From a candidate division WOR-3 bacterium (GTDB taxonomy: Bacteria > Hydrothermota > Tepidihabitantia > Tepidihabitantales > Tepidihabitantaceae), in contig CBFGIT010000015.1 of the NCBI GenBank assembly GCA_965648905.1, positions 1 through 64,000 of the forward strand: DNA of 64,000 bases, given 5' to 3'. Below the pieces are notes generated by a model, which saw nothing but the letters and a program-made list of their open reading frames with translations, was not told the origin of the DNA and made no database searches. The translations under genes and the position numbers were made by a program. Positions 10,051 to 20,875 of this stretch are shown here, in pieces; positions within the stretch are counted from its first letter, which is position 1; each line of letters begins with the position of its first letter.

Positions 10051-12294
10051 ATGACGAAAGCCTGCCGGTTTCTGGGTGTTTCCCAGCATCCTGGTTCACA
10101 GCGGAGTCGCAAGGTACGGCGCGCCGGAGGGCCATTTCCGTGCTGCACGTTATGTCTTTGCCCGGGCGAGGCGCTGCTAGCCGGACTTCTGCTGTTTGCG
10201 GCTGCGAGGTGCGGGTATGCTCAACCTGAGCCGTGGGCACACCCAGACGGCACGGTGCACTATTTCCATGCTGTGGCCGTTCCCTGCGGGCTGAATTGGG
10301 CACAGGCGCTGGATTCGGCTCGGGCGCCGGGGGGATATCTTGCGACTCTGACCTCGCAGGACGAGAACGACATGATATTCCGTCTTGTGGACTCGGTGAT
10401 TTTCTGGCGCGAGCGGCCCGAGGAAGGGGTATGGGTCGGTCCATGGCTGGGTGGGCTTCAGCCGGCAGGCTCGCCTGAGCCGGGAGGAAACTGGCTGTGG
10501 ATAACGCGCCAGCATTTCGACTGGACCAACTGGTCGCCCGGTAAACCAGACAATTACGATTCTGACAACCGGCTGGTGCTAGGCGGTCAGGCATTGGGGC
10601 GGTCGGGAACCTGGGATGACCGAAACGGTAACGATTCGAACGTCCCCGGATTCGTGCTGGAGCTCTCGTGTGAGACCACCACTGTCGGGCTCACGCGCTT
10701 CGACAGCAGCGCGACACCGGGCTTTGTTCTCTTTTCTCCGGTAATGTCGTATTATACGTTTCTCGTCGACCGCAAGGGGCGTGCGGCACACCAGTGGGTT
10801 GCCGCGACCCGAGGTGTCGGTGGCTACGAGCTGCTCGACGATGGCACGCTGTTACGCTGCGCATTCGTCTCCAACCCGCTGGACAACTTCGGCGGCCGGG
10901 TAGAGAAGCTCGACTGGGACGGCAGACTGGTCTGGGCTTACGACTACGCTGACAGTCACCATGTTCAGCATCACGATGCCATCGGTCTTCCCAACGGCAA
11001 CGTGTTGCTGCTCGCGCGTGAACTGAAGACACGGAGTGAGGTCGAGGCCGCCGGGCGTGACCCCGAGCGGCTCATCGAGAGCCGACTCCTCCCTGACTAT
11101 CTGGTAGAGGTAGACCCGGCAACCGACAGCATTGTCTGGGAATGGCACGTGTGGGATCATCTGGTTCAGGACTTCGATTCTACCAAGGCCAACTACGGCG
11201 ATGTCGCGGCGCATCCGGAACTGGTTGACGTCAACTACCTCGGGCTTGGCGGGCGGTATGGTATCGCTGATTGGAACCACTCCAACTCACTTGACTACAA
11301 CCCACGACTTGACCAGATTCTTGTCAGCGTCCGCAACTTCAGCGAAGTCTGGGTGATTGACCACAGTACGACGACCGAGCAGGCGCGTGGCCACACTGGC
11401 GGCAGGCTGGGCATGGGTGGTGACATCGTCTACCGCTGGGGCAATCCCCAGGCATACCGGGCCGGGGACAGCGCGAGCCAGGTCCTCTACGGCCAGCACA
11501 ACGCGCGCTGGATTGAGCCCGGGCTGCCCGGTGCCGGTCACATTCTGGTCTTCAACAACGGTTACGGCCGGAGCGGCGAGGAGTACTCGACAGTTGACGA
11601 GTTCATACCTGAATCTGACAGCGCCGGTCGCTACCCTCGTCCGGCACGCGGACAGTCATACGGACCGAGTTCCTGTCACTGGCGCTACGGCGCTACGCCG
11701 GCACGATCGTTCTACTCGCCCTATATCAGCGGCGCGCAGCGCCTGGCCAGTGGTAATACGCTGGTCTGCAACGGGGGAGAGGGCCTTTTCTTCGAGGCGA
11801 CGCCAGATAGTCAGGTCGTCTGGACGTACGTTAACCCTTGGACCGTTGACCGGGCCCGCTACCAGGGGAGCAGAGGCCCAGGCGACGATGTATTCCGGGT
11901 CAGCTTCTATCCGCCCGGGTATTCCGGCTTTGCTGGTCGTGACCTGAAGCCTGGCTATCCCTTGGAGCGTTATCTCACTCCTGCGCTTGCGGGTCTGACC
12001 GACCGTCTGCTTCCCACGAGTGCGGCACACACCCTCAGCGCTGCGCCCAACCCGTTCCGGACCGCGACGAACATCGGCTGCGCATCGAACGGCAGTGGTG
12101 GCATTCGGCTTCAGTTGCTTGACGCTCTCGGTCGGGTGGTGCGTACGCTCAGCTCGCAGAGTTCAGGTTCGGACCGGACGAACGTGTCTTGGGACGGCAC
12201 CGACGACCGCGGGCAACCAGTAGGCTGTGGCGTTTACTACTGCCGGACAGCCGGGCAGTCCGCGACACCACTCGTGCTCGTCAAGCTGGAATGA
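10051..12294 (+). CDS. secreted C-type-lectin-like + aryl-sulfate sulfotransferase (ASST) family protein with FlgD/T9SS CTD (true start may be downstream)
   Basis: GGYLATLTSQDEN..WLGG..WTNWSPGKPDN (CTL); QHHDA, DWNHSNSLDY, YRWGNP, GQHNA, ISGAQRL (ASST); WDGTDDRGQPV. Confidence 0.85.
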   Translation: MTKACRFLGVSQHPGSQRSRKVRRAGGPFPCCTLCLCPGEALLAGLLLFAAARCGYAQPEPWAHPDGTVHYFHAVAVPCGLNWAQALDSARAPGGYLATLTSQDENDMIFRLVDSVIFWRERPEEGVWVGPWLGGLQPAGSPEPGGNWLWITRQHFDWTNWSPGKPDNYDSDNRLVLGGQALGRSGTWDDRNGNDSNVPGFVLELSCETTTVGLTRFDSSATPGFVLFSPVMSYYTFLVDRKGRAAHQWVAATRGVGGYELLDDGTLLRCAFVSNPLDNFGGRVEKLDWDGRLVWAYDYADSHHVQHHDAIGLPNGNVLLLARELKTRSEVEAAGRDPERLIESRLLPDYLVEVDPATDSIVWEWHVWDHLVQDFDSTKANYGDVAAHPELVDVNYLGLGGRYGIADWNHSNSLDYNPRLDQILVSVRNFSEVWVIDHSTTTEQARGHTGGRLGMGGDIVYRWGNPQAYRAGDSASQVLYGQHNARWIEPGLPGAGHILVFNNGYGRSGEEYSTVDEFIPESDSAGRYPRPARGQSYGPSSCHWRYGATPARSFYSPYISGAQRLASGNTLVCNGGEGLFFEATPDSQVVWTYVNPWTVDRARYQGSRGPGDDVFRVSFYPPGYSGFAGRDLKPGYPLERYLTPALAGLTDRLLPTSAAHTLSAAPNPFRTATNIGCASNGSGGIRLQLLDALGRVVRTLSSQSSGSDRTNVSWDGTDDRGQPVGCGVYYCRTAGQSATPLVLVKLE

Positions 12295-13709
12295 CTACTA
12301 CCAGCATGAGGAGCACGGTTAGTTCCTGTCTGGTGGCCGTTCTTTTGCTCGTTGCCGGCGCTGCGGCGCAGCCGTCCTTTGAGAAGCGCTGGCATTGGTC
12401 CTCGGCTGACTTAGGCCGGTCGGTCGCTCAGACGGCGGCCGGAGGGTATCTTGTCAGTGCCGAGACCTGGTCGGCGGTTGACGGGTTTGGGATGCTCGTT
12501 GCCTGTGCCGACTGCCTGGGCGACACTGTCTGGGTTCGACGTGTCAATGGCATGGCGACCGGTTCGGGTTATGCCTGCCTGAGTCAGGGTAACGACGTGG
12601 TGCTTGCCGGCAGGGATTCCTCCAGTCGTGTTGCTGTCTACGCCTTCAACTCATCCGGTGAGTCGGTCTGGTCGTACACCTCGCTCTGGCGGGGACAGGT
12701 ATCTGCGGTTGTGCCAACGGCCGATTCGGGATGCCTGATTGTCGGTCGGATTCCAGATTCGATGTACAGCTTTGGCGCAATCAGGCTCGACGCTCGAGGA
12801 CATGAGCGATGGGCACGTTGTTATCCAGCTTCGGGCACCTATGAGACACGGGCACGGTGCGCGGCCCAGGACCTCGATTCCGGTTTCGTCATCTGCGGCG
12901 ATGGTTACGGCTATGAGTTTTCGTATGCCCGAATCGTCCGCGTTACTGCGGATGGTGAGCTTGTCTGGAGCCGACTGCACCGTGGTCAAACCGGCATCGC
13001 TCTGAATTCGGTCGCGGTTCTTCCGGGGCAAGGATACGTTGCGCTCGGCACGGACCTGGATACGTTGGCACGACAGAGGGCTCTGCTGATCATGAGTCTG
13101 GATACGATGGGTATGGTCGTGGCGGGTCGCCACCTCGTTCCTCAGGCCCCTGACGTTAGCGCGACTGCATTGCGTCGGGTCGGCAACAGCTTCATACTTG
13201 CTGCGGCACTCGATTGGCCCGACTCAGCAAGAACATGGTTGGTCAAGACAGATGCCGCCGGTGATACACTGTGGTGTCGAACCCTCGGCCGGGCGAACCG
13301 GGAGACGCCGTCTGACATGATTCAGAGTGACGATTTCGGCTATGCCGTTGTCGGTTCTTCCGACTCGTTCGGCAGCAGCGTATTTCTATTCAAGACCGAT
13401 TCGCTCGGACGAACGGCGACGGGCATTCCGGTGACGACTCAGCCAGCCCTGAATCGGGTGCGCCTCGTGGTCAGACCTAACCCCGCGGCTGGTCGCGCGT
13501 TCGCTACGTTCAGTCTGCCGGGACAGGGTTCAATTCTCGCGCGGCTCTATGACGTGGCTGGCAAGGCTGTCTGGACCCGGAGCGAGCAGGCAGATGAAGC
13601 TGAACCTGCCTGCCTCGGACTCGACCTTGACGGCCTGGCGGCAGGAACGTATCTGCTTCGTGTTCAGCGCGGTCGGTCTTCGATTTCCGGCCGCTTCGTT
13701 GTTCGGTAA
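12291..13709 (+). CDS. secreted repeat (propeller-like) protein with T9SS-type CTD
   Basis: ATGA overlap with the upstream stop; signal peptide; repeated WLVKTDAAGDTLW / FLFKTDSLG units; PNP..YDVAG..GTYLLRV CTD. Confidence 0.8.
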   Translation: MTTTSMRSTVSSCLVAVLLLVAGAAAQPSFEKRWHWSSADLGRSVAQTAAGGYLVSAETWSAVDGFGMLVACADCLGDTVWVRRVNGMATGSGYACLSQGNDVVLAGRDSSSRVAVYAFNSSGESVWSYTSLWRGQVSAVVPTADSGCLIVGRIPDSMYSFGAIRLDARGHERWARCYPASGTYETRARCAAQDLDSGFVICGDGYGYEFSYARIVRVTADGELVWSRLHRGQTGIALNSVAVLPGQGYVALGTDLDTLARQRALLIMSLDTMGMVVAGRHLVPQAPDVSATALRRVGNSFILAAALDWPDSARTWLVKTDAAGDTLWCRTLGRANRETPSDMIQSDDFGYAVVGSSDSFGSSVFLFKTDSLGRTATGIPVTTQPALNRVRLVVRPNPAAGRAFATFSLPGQGSILARLYDVAGKAVWTRSEQADEAEPACLGLDLDGLAAGTYLLRVQRGRSSISGRFVVR

Positions 13710-13951
13710 GCTGATTCGGTCGTCCGTCGCAGTTGTGCATGTGCCCGTTCTCTGTTAGAATTAGATATCGCGTTCACTGAGAACCGGGTTCTTCTCACCC
13801 CGGCCGTTCTGGCCGCGCTGCCGCTATCAACTGCGCAACAAGCACATCTTCCTGACAGACGTTCACTGGGTTCCGACCGGCTCAGTGGTGTCCGGATTGT
13901 CCGGACGTGCGCGACCGCCATCCCGAGAGCTTCTCCTACGGAGGGCATTCC

Positions 13952-16900
13952 ATGAAGAGCAACTCTCTATTCACCGTCCTATGTGTATCGCTCAGTCTGG
14001 TCGTGAGCACCCAGGCAATGCCGCCGGCACCGGGCGTCGAAATCACCCAGGCCGAACTGGACGAGCGGGTTCGGCTGGGCATCGACGTTGCGCAGCGACC
14101 CGTGCGCAGTGCGGGCACACGAGGCATCGTGAACCGGCCCGGCGATGTGACGCCGCTGGTGGTCGGCACCATACCATTCCCGGTTGTTGCCATCAAGTAC
14201 CCTGACTTCGCCAATACGTACTCGGTGGCCAACTTCCAGAGCATGCTCTTCGGTACGTGGCCTTCGGGCTCGGCCCGAGACTACTATCACGAGGTTTCCT
14301 ATAACCAGTTTCACATGACCGGCACGGTTGTCGGGTGGTACACGGCGGCGAACAACAAAGCGTACTACGGTTACTCCAACGGCTGGACGCGTGCGGCCAT
14401 GCTGGTCAAAGAAGCGGCCGCGGCATCGGACTCGGCCGTAGACTACTCAATCTACGACATCGACGGCGACGGGTACGTCGATGCGTTCACCTGCATCCAC
14501 GCCGGTTATGGTACTGAGGAATCAGGCAGCGGGTCGGACATCTGGTCACACGCGTGGAGTTTTTCCGATGCGGGCATCGGTGTCTATACGACCAACGACC
14601 CGCGGCCAGGCTATCCGGGCCAGTACATCAAGATCGATGACTACACCACTGACCCGGAACGGAGTAACTATTCGAACAACGGGACGATGGTTGGCATCGG
14701 TGTTTACTGCCATGAATGGGGTCATGCGCTCGGCCTGCCTGACCTTTACGATACCGACGGCGGCGGCGAGGGTTTGGGCAACTGGACCCTGATGGCTGGC
14801 GGTTCGTGGGGCGGCAATGGCAGCACGCCCTACTATCCGGTGCATCTTGACCCATGGTGCAAGATGGAGCTCGGATGGCTGTGTCCGACCGCGGCGCGTT
14901 CGCGGAGTCTGTACTCGATTCCCAATATCGAAAACAGCGCCAAGGCGTACTGGCTCATGGCGCGCGAACGGACGTTCAAGGAGTACTTCCTGGTCGAGAA
15001 CCGACGCAAGACCAGGTTCGACACTCTGCTGTATAACTCCGGTTTGCTTGTCTACCACATTGATGACTCGGTGATTGCCCGGCGCCGGGGCAGCAACGCC
15101 GTGAACAACGGCGGTTCGGGCTGGAAGTACGGCGTGGCGCTGGAACAGGCTGACGGTCAGGACCACCTGTTCAACGGCACCAACCGGGGTGATGCCAACG
15201 ACCCGTGGCCGGGCGGGTTGGGCCGGACAACTTTCGACTCAACCTCGACAACGCCCAACTCACGAACCAACTACCCCAGCTCGGCTACGCTTATCACTGG
15301 TTGTCTGGCCAAGAACATCCCAGCTTCGGCACCGACTGTGCAGTGCACGCTCGGCTCCGGTCTTGTCGGTGCGTTCACCGGCGGACCGGACAGTCGTGGC
15401 TACTCGTGGATCGACTCAGACACTACCGGCGGGCCGAACTACAACTGGGTCGATATTACCAGCACCGGCACCCTGCTCGGGAACGGCGACGACGCCCGGT
15501 GGTCCATCTCACTGCCTTACACGTTCCGCTACTACAACGCCAACTATGCGACGGTCTGGGTTTCGACCAACGGCTGGCTTTCCTTTGGCTCTGATCCGGG
15601 AACCAACGCACCGACAAACACCGCGATTCCAGCCTCGGCTGCTCCGAATCGAGCGGTGTACGTCTTCTGGGACGACCTGAATCTGGTGTCGAGTGACTCA
15701 GGGTACGTCTACTACCAGCACGGTGGCACCTCACCTAACTGCTCAACCGTGATCATGTGGAAGAATGCGCGGGTCAAGGGCAGCGTGACCTACAACCAGG
15801 CGACGTTTGCCGCGGTGCTCTATGAAGGCGGGCGGATTGTGCTGCGCTACCGCGACGCGGCGGTGACCGATACCAGCTACACGTGGGGGCGCTCAGCCAC
15901 GGTCGGCATCGAGGACGAGAACGGCACGGTCGGATTGCAGTACATCTACAACGGTACGCCCAAGGGCAACCTGCTGGCCAATGAGCGGGCGGTACAGTTT
16001 GCCCAGTCCGGTGCCACGGTGCGCGACGTGGGCGCAACCACTGTGGTCGCACCGGCAGGAACAATCGACTCGGGTACGACGGTGACCCCGTCCTGCACGG
16101 TCTACAACTACGGTACGACCACCGAGTCCTATAGCGTCCGTTGCCGCGTCGGTTCATTCTACAACCAGACCGCCTCGGTCACGAACCATGCGCCGGGCGT
16201 CAAGCTCTACGTTACCTTCCCGGCCTATTCGACGTGGCCGCGTGGTACGTTCTCAGTGACCTGTTCGACCGAGCTTGGTGCTGACGCCACGCCGAGTAAC
16301 GACAAGGCATCCGGCAGCGTCACGGTGCGGGTGCTTGATGCGCAGGCTCTTGCCATCACCGCGCCGACCGGTACGGTCGATTCCGGCAGTGTGGTCGTAC
16401 CGCAGGCGAGCGTACGCAACAATGGCACTGCTGCGGCGACATTCAATGTCCGGTTCGAAATCCAGGGCGGGTACTCGAACACGCAGACCGTGACGAACCT
16501 CGCCTCCGGCGCCACGACCACGCTTACGTTCGCGAACTGGACCGCGACTCAGCGCGGGTCGCTGGCCACGCGCTGCACAACCATGCTTCCGGGCGACATC
16601 GTGCCAGCCAACAACCTTGTGACCGGCTCGGTCACGGTGCGGGTGCGAGACGTCGGCGCGACGCGGGTCATTGCGCCATCCGGCACCATTGACTCCGGCA
16701 CAGTGGTGACGCCTTCCTGCTCGGTCTACAACTACGGCTCGACCACCGAGTCTTATAACGTGCGGTGCAAGGTCAGCAGTTTCTACAACCAGACTGCCAA
16801 TGTCACCAACCACACATCGGGGACAAGGGTCTATGTAACCTTCCCCAGTTGGACCGCACTCCAACGCGGCACGCACCTGGTCTCTTGCTCGACCGAACTC

Positions 16901-19900
16901 ACCGGCGATGCGGTCCAGGCCAACGACAAGGCCTCGGGTTCGGTCACGGTACGGGTAGCTGATGTCGGTTGCCAAACCCTACTGGCACCGTCCGGTACGG
17001 TCGACTCCGGCTCATCGGTGACGCCGACGTGCACTGTGTACAACTACGGCTCGGCCTCGGCAACTTATACCGTCCGCATGAGAATAGGCACAGGCTACAA
17101 CCAGACCACGACTGTGACCAACCACACAGCCGGGACAGCACAGTATCTGACTTTTCCGGTCTGGTCTGCCAGCCTGTCGCGCGGCAGTTACGCCGTTTCC
17201 TGTTCGACCGAGCTCACCGGCGACATCAACAATGCGAACGACAGACGCACGGGCTCGGTAACCGTCGGTGTGGTTGATGCCGCGTCGGTTGCCCTGCTCG
17301 CGCCCTCCGGCACGGTGGACTCCGGCACGGTCGTGACCCCGGCCTGCACTGTGGCCAACTACGGCACCTCAGCCACCAGCTTCAGCGTGCGGATGAAGGT
17401 CGGCTCGACCTACAACCAGACCGCAGCAGTCACGAACCTTACACCGGGTGCCAAGGCATATGTGACTTTCGCCGGTTGGACCGCGACCATGCGCGGTTCG
17501 AGCGCTGTCACGTGTTCGACCGAGCTGACCGGTGACCTTGTTCAGACCAACAACAAATTGACCGGCTCGGTCACGGTGCGCGTTCGTGATGTCGGCTGCG
17601 CCACGCTGGTCTCGCCCGTGGGTGCGATCGACTCCGGCACGGTCGTTACACCCGCCTGTACGGTCGTAAACCATGGAACCTCGGCCGAGTCCTACACAGT
17701 GCGCATGCGCATCGGTACTGGCTACGACCGAACCGCATCGGTCTCGAGCCACGTACCCGGAGCCAGGGTGTATATTACATTCCCAACCTGGAACGCAGGG
17801 CCACGCGGCTCGATTGCGGTCTCCTGTTCGACCCAGCTTTCCTCGGACATGCAGTCGGCCAATGACCGGCAGACCGGTCAGGTTGATGTGGTGGTGCGTG
17901 ACGTGGCCTGCACGCAACTGCTTGCACCATCCGGCGTGGTTGATTCGGGCATGGTCATCACGCCGGCCTGCACCGTGCGCAATCTCGGCACTGCGTCTGA
18001 ATCCTACACTGTCCGTATGAGAATAGGCGCAGGCTACAACCAGACCGCCACGATTGCGAACCACGTGCCGGGTACAGCACGATACGTGACCTTTCCTGAC
18101 TGGCTCGTTGACCAGCCGCGTGGGATGGTCTTTGTGACCTGCTCGACCGAGCTCACAGGCGACATGCAGCCAGCGAACGACCGCCAGACCGGTCAGGTCG
18201 AGATTCAGGTGCATGACGTGGGCTGCAGAGTCATCGCCGCACCGGTCGGTGCTGTCGGTTTCGACTCGGTCGTGGTGCCTGCCTGTACCGTCCGTAACCA
18301 CGGCTCGCTGAGCGAGACTTATGTCGCCCGCATGCGGATCGGCACTACTTACAGCCAACCGGTGACGGTAACGGGTCACCTGCCCGGAACCGACCGTTAT
18401 GTCACGTTTCCGAGCTGGACCGCGGGGCCGGTCGGCACGGTCGCGGTTGTCTGTTCCACCGAGATGTCCGGCGACATCGGACCTGCGAACGACCGAGCAA
18501 CGGATAGCGTGCGCGTATCGGCCCGCGAAGACGCAGGCGTGGTGCGTATTGACGCGCCCGCTGGCCGACTCGACACCTCAGTCCTGGTCATTCCCTGCGC
18601 CACGGTCAGGAACTACGGCCAGTTGCCGGCGAGCTTCGAGGTCTTTTTCCAGGTCTACTCGGATACGACGGCCATCTACGCCAGCACGCGTCTGATCAGT
18701 ACGCTTGCGCCTGACTCCTCAATCTCGGTCTTGTTTGATACCCTGCCCAAGCCACATCTGCCCGGCAGATACGTCGCCTGCTGCTCGACCGCGCTTGCGG
18801 GTGACATCAACCCGGCCAACGACGTTCGGTCTGATTCATTCGTCTTCTCTGCACCGACGCGCACTCCAGGCTGGTCTGTTCGTGCGCCGGTTCCCGGCTC
18901 GCCCCCTAGCAAGTCGGTCAAGGGTGGAGCCTGGCTGGCATACGACCTTAGCACCGGTCTAGTCTACGCGGCCAAAGGAAACAAGACTGCTGACTTCTAT
19001 GCCTACAACCCGGTGACAGACTCTTGGCGGCAACTGGCGCCGATTCCACCGGGCAGGGAAGGCAAGTTGCCCTACCACGGTGCGACCGGTTGCGCTGACG
19101 GCAACGGTTCCATCTATGCTACAAAGGGCAACAACTCGCTCGGCTTCTATCGCTACGACGCCGCCCGGGACTCATGGTACCAACTTGCCGATGTCCCATC
19201 GGGCCTGTCGGGCAGAAAGGTCAGAGGCGGCACTGATGTTGTGTTCGTCTCCAGCACAACCAACGGGTCTGTCTACCTGCTGAAGGGGGGCAAGAACGAG
19301 TTTTGTCGCTATGACCCAATTATGGACAGTTGGCAGACACTTCCGGTTGCGCCGGCTGAGAAGTGGGGCAAGGGTTCATGGCTTGCTTACGTGCCGGGCA
19401 GAGCGAATCTTAATATCCGGACTCGGGCTGCAGGCGAGGGACTGGACCTCAAGACCCGAATCTGTGAATCAGGAGTTTTCGCTGCTGGTACTATCTATGC
19501 GCACCAGGCAAAGTATCACGGCATGTATCCCTTTGACGTTGAGACCGGCGTATGGGGCAACGACATCGGCGGGATGCCCCTTGTTGGCCGCTCGGGGAAG
19601 TCAAAGGCATCGAAGGATGGCGGTTCAAGCGCAACGCTCGGTTCGGCCATCTACGCATTCAAAGGCGGCAACACTCAGGAGTTCTGGCACTTTCTGGCGC
19701 CAACCGGGCCTTGGACCGAGCTTGAGACCCTGCCGATGACCGCGCCCGGCGGGACCAAGAGAAAGCGGGTCAAAGCCGGGGCTGACCTTGTCGGATACGG
19801 GCCTTGGGACGTCGTTTACGGTCTCAAGGGCAATGCGACCTTCGAGTTCTGGTGCTACACGCCCGGCACTGTCACTGGTTCTCCAGCCGACGCGTCCGTT

Positions 19901-20200
19901 TCTGGCATCACGGTATCCGATCTTCGGAGCCTAACAGGCAGGTTCGTGCACTTTCAACCTAACCCGCTGCGTTCCGGCCTGATGACAGCTAGTCTATCTG
20001 GCTGGACAACTGAGCTTTCTGGTGGCGTGGTTAGTCTGAGCCTTCATGACGCCAGTGGCCGGTTGCTGCGGCACACGATGCTCAGCACCCGGCATCCAGC
20101 CGTCACGCTCGACCTTCGTGGCCTGGGTTCGGGCGTCTACCTGCTTAAGGTCGAGACCGGTGGGATGACCATGACGGAAAAGGTGGTTCTACAGCGCTAG
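13952..20200 (+). CDS. M6 family (immune inhibitor A-like) metalloprotease with CARDB-like Ig repeats, Kelch-like propeller and T9SS CTD
   Basis: GVYCHEWGHALGLPDLYD zinc motif, LMAGGSW, EYFLVENR; nine ~100-aa repeats; KGNKT/KGNNS/KGGNT propeller; GVYLLKV CTD. Confidence 0.92.
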   Translation: MKSNSLFTVLCVSLSLVVSTQAMPPAPGVEITQAELDERVRLGIDVAQRPVRSAGTRGIVNRPGDVTPLVVGTIPFPVVAIKYPDFANTYSVANFQSMLFGTWPSGSARDYYHEVSYNQFHMTGTVVGWYTAANNKAYYGYSNGWTRAAMLVKEAAAASDSAVDYSIYDIDGDGYVDAFTCIHAGYGTEESGSGSDIWSHAWSFSDAGIGVYTTNDPRPGYPGQYIKIDDYTTDPERSNYSNNGTMVGIGVYCHEWGHALGLPDLYDTDGGGEGLGNWTLMAGGSWGGNGSTPYYPVHLDPWCKMELGWLCPTAARSRSLYSIPNIENSAKAYWLMARERTFKEYFLVENRRKTRFDTLLYNSGLLVYHIDDSVIARRRGSNAVNNGGSGWKYGVALEQADGQDHLFNGTNRGDANDPWPGGLGRTTFDSTSTTPNSRTNYPSSATLITGCLAKNIPASAPTVQCTLGSGLVGAFTGGPDSRGYSWIDSDTTGGPNYNWVDITSTGTLLGNGDDARWSISLPYTFRYYNANYATVWVSTNGWLSFGSDPGTNAPTNTAIPASAAPNRAVYVFWDDLNLVSSDSGYVYYQHGGTSPNCSTVIMWKNARVKGSVTYNQATFAAVLYEGGRIVLRYRDAAVTDTSYTWGRSATVGIEDENGTVGLQYIYNGTPKGNLLANERAVQFAQSGATVRDVGATTVVAPAGTIDSGTTVTPSCTVYNYGTTTESYSVRCRVGSFYNQTASVTNHAPGVKLYVTFPAYSTWPRGTFSVTCSTELGADATPSNDKASGSVTVRVLDAQALAITAPTGTVDSGSVVVPQASVRNNGTAAATFNVRFEIQGGYSNTQTVTNLASGATTTLTFANWTATQRGSLATRCTTMLPGDIVPANNLVTGSVTVRVRDVGATRVIAPSGTIDSGTVVTPSCSVYNYGSTTESYNVRCKVSSFYNQTANVTNHTSGTRVYVTFPSWTALQRGTHLVSCSTELTGDAVQANDKASGSVTVRVADVGCQTLLAPSGTVDSGSSVTPTCTVYNYGSASATYTVRMRIGTGYNQTTTVTNHTAGTAQYLTFPVWSASLSRGSYAVSCSTELTGDINNANDRRTGSVTVGVVDAASVALLAPSGTVDSGTVVTPACTVANYGTSATSFSVRMKVGSTYNQTAAVTNLTPGAKAYVTFAGWTATMRGSSAVTCSTELTGDLVQTNNKLTGSVTVRVRDVGCATLVSPVGAIDSGTVVTPACTVVNHGTSAESYTVRMRIGTGYDRTASVSSHVPGARVYITFPTWNAGPRGSIAVSCSTQLSSDMQSANDRQTGQVDVVVRDVACTQLLAPSGVVDSGMVITPACTVRNLGTASESYTVRMRIGAGYNQTATIANHVPGTARYVTFPDWLVDQPRGMVFVTCSTELTGDMQPANDRQTGQVEIQVHDVGCRVIAAPVGAVGFDSVVVPACTVRNHGSLSETYVARMRIGTTYSQPVTVTGHLPGTDRYVTFPSWTAGPVGTVAVVCSTEMSGDIGPANDRATDSVRVSAREDAGVVRIDAPAGRLDTSVLVIPCATVRNYGQLPASFEVFFQVYSDTTAIYASTRLISTLAPDSSISVLFDTLPKPHLPGRYVACCSTALAGDINPANDVRSDSFVFSAPTRTPGWSVRAPVPGSPPSKSVKGGAWLAYDLSTGLVYAAKGNKTADFYAYNPVTDSWRQLAPIPPGREGKLPYHGATGCADGNGSIYATKGNNSLGFYRYDAARDSWYQLADVPSGLSGRKVRGGTDVVFVSSTTNGSVYLLKGGKNEFCRYDPIMDSWQTLPVAPAEKWGKGSWLAYVPGRANLNIRTRAAGEGLDLKTRICESGVFAAGTIYAHQAKYHGMYPFDVETGVWGNDIGGMPLVGRSGKSKASKDGGSSATLGSAIYAFKGGNTQEFWHFLAPTGPWTELETLPMTAPGGTKRKRVKAGADLVGYGPWDVVYGLKGNATFEFWCYTPGTVTGSPADASVSGITVSDLRSLTGRFVHFQPNPLRSGLMTASLSGWTTELSGGVVSLSLHDASGRLLRHTMLSTRHPAVTLDLRGLGSGVYLLKVETGGMTMTEKVVLQR
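16020..18850 (+). repeat. nine intragenic ~300-bp repeats encoding CARDB/Ig-like domains
   Basis: Repeated DVG..APSGTVDSG..VTP.CTV.NYG..Y.VRMRIG..YNQT..YVTFP.W..CSTELTGD..ND units; boundaries approximate. Confidence 0.85.
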
Positions 20201-20307
20201 ACTCAGGGCGTTATCCAACACACGCCGCACTTGACCGCGGCCTGAATGTGATACACTATATGAATGAGTGACCGTTGGCATCGCACATAAACGGCAGGAG
20301 GCATCAG

Positions 20308-20760
20308 ATGCTCAAAGAGTTCCGTGAGTTCATCATGCGCGGCAATGTCGTCGACATGGCGGTCGGCATCATTGTCGGCGCAGCGTTCGGAGCAATCGTC
20401 CGCTCGTTTGTCGACGATATCATCATGCCGCCGATCGGGCTTGCGCTCGGCCGGGTGGACTTCAGCAACATGTTCATCGTGCTAAAGGAAGGAGCCAAGG
20501 AAGCAGGGCCGTACGCCAGCTTGGCTGCAGCCAAGGCTGCCGGAGCAACGACGCTCAACTACGGCGCATTCATCAATCTCGTCATCAACTTCCTGATCGT
20601 TTCGCTCGCGGTCTTTCTGATGGTTCGGGGTGTAAACCGACTCCGCCGTCCCCAGCCGGCACCGGCCGCAGTGCCGACGACCAAGGAATGCCCGCGCTGC
20701 TTCACGACGATCCCGATCAAGGCGGTGCGCTGCCCGAACTGCACGTCGGACCTTTCTTAG
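20308..20760 (+). CDS. mscL: large-conductance mechanosensitive channel with C-terminal zinc ribbon
   Basis: [28 protein letters not shown]-terminal CPRC..CPNC. Confidence 0.96.
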   Translation: MLKEFREFIMRGNVVDMAVGIIVGAAFGAIVRSFVDDIIMPPIGLALGRVDFSNMFIVLKEGAKEAGPYASLAAAKAAGATTLNYGAFINLVINFLIVSLAVFLMVRGVNRLRRPQPAPAAVPTTKECPRCFTTIPIKAVRCPNCTSDLS

Positions 20761-20875
20761 TTCAAGACAGGACCGGTTCTCAAGCGTTGGTGCGTCCGCA
20801 GTCATTATTGGCCGTGCTTGACCTATCAGCGGCACAGGTCTAGTATCAGCCACCGTGAAATCCAAAGGAGCTTCC

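Noticed and set aside
20680..20760. Zinc ribbon on MscL as a novelty
   Set aside because: To my knowledge this is an already known MscL variant; recorded as a feature only.
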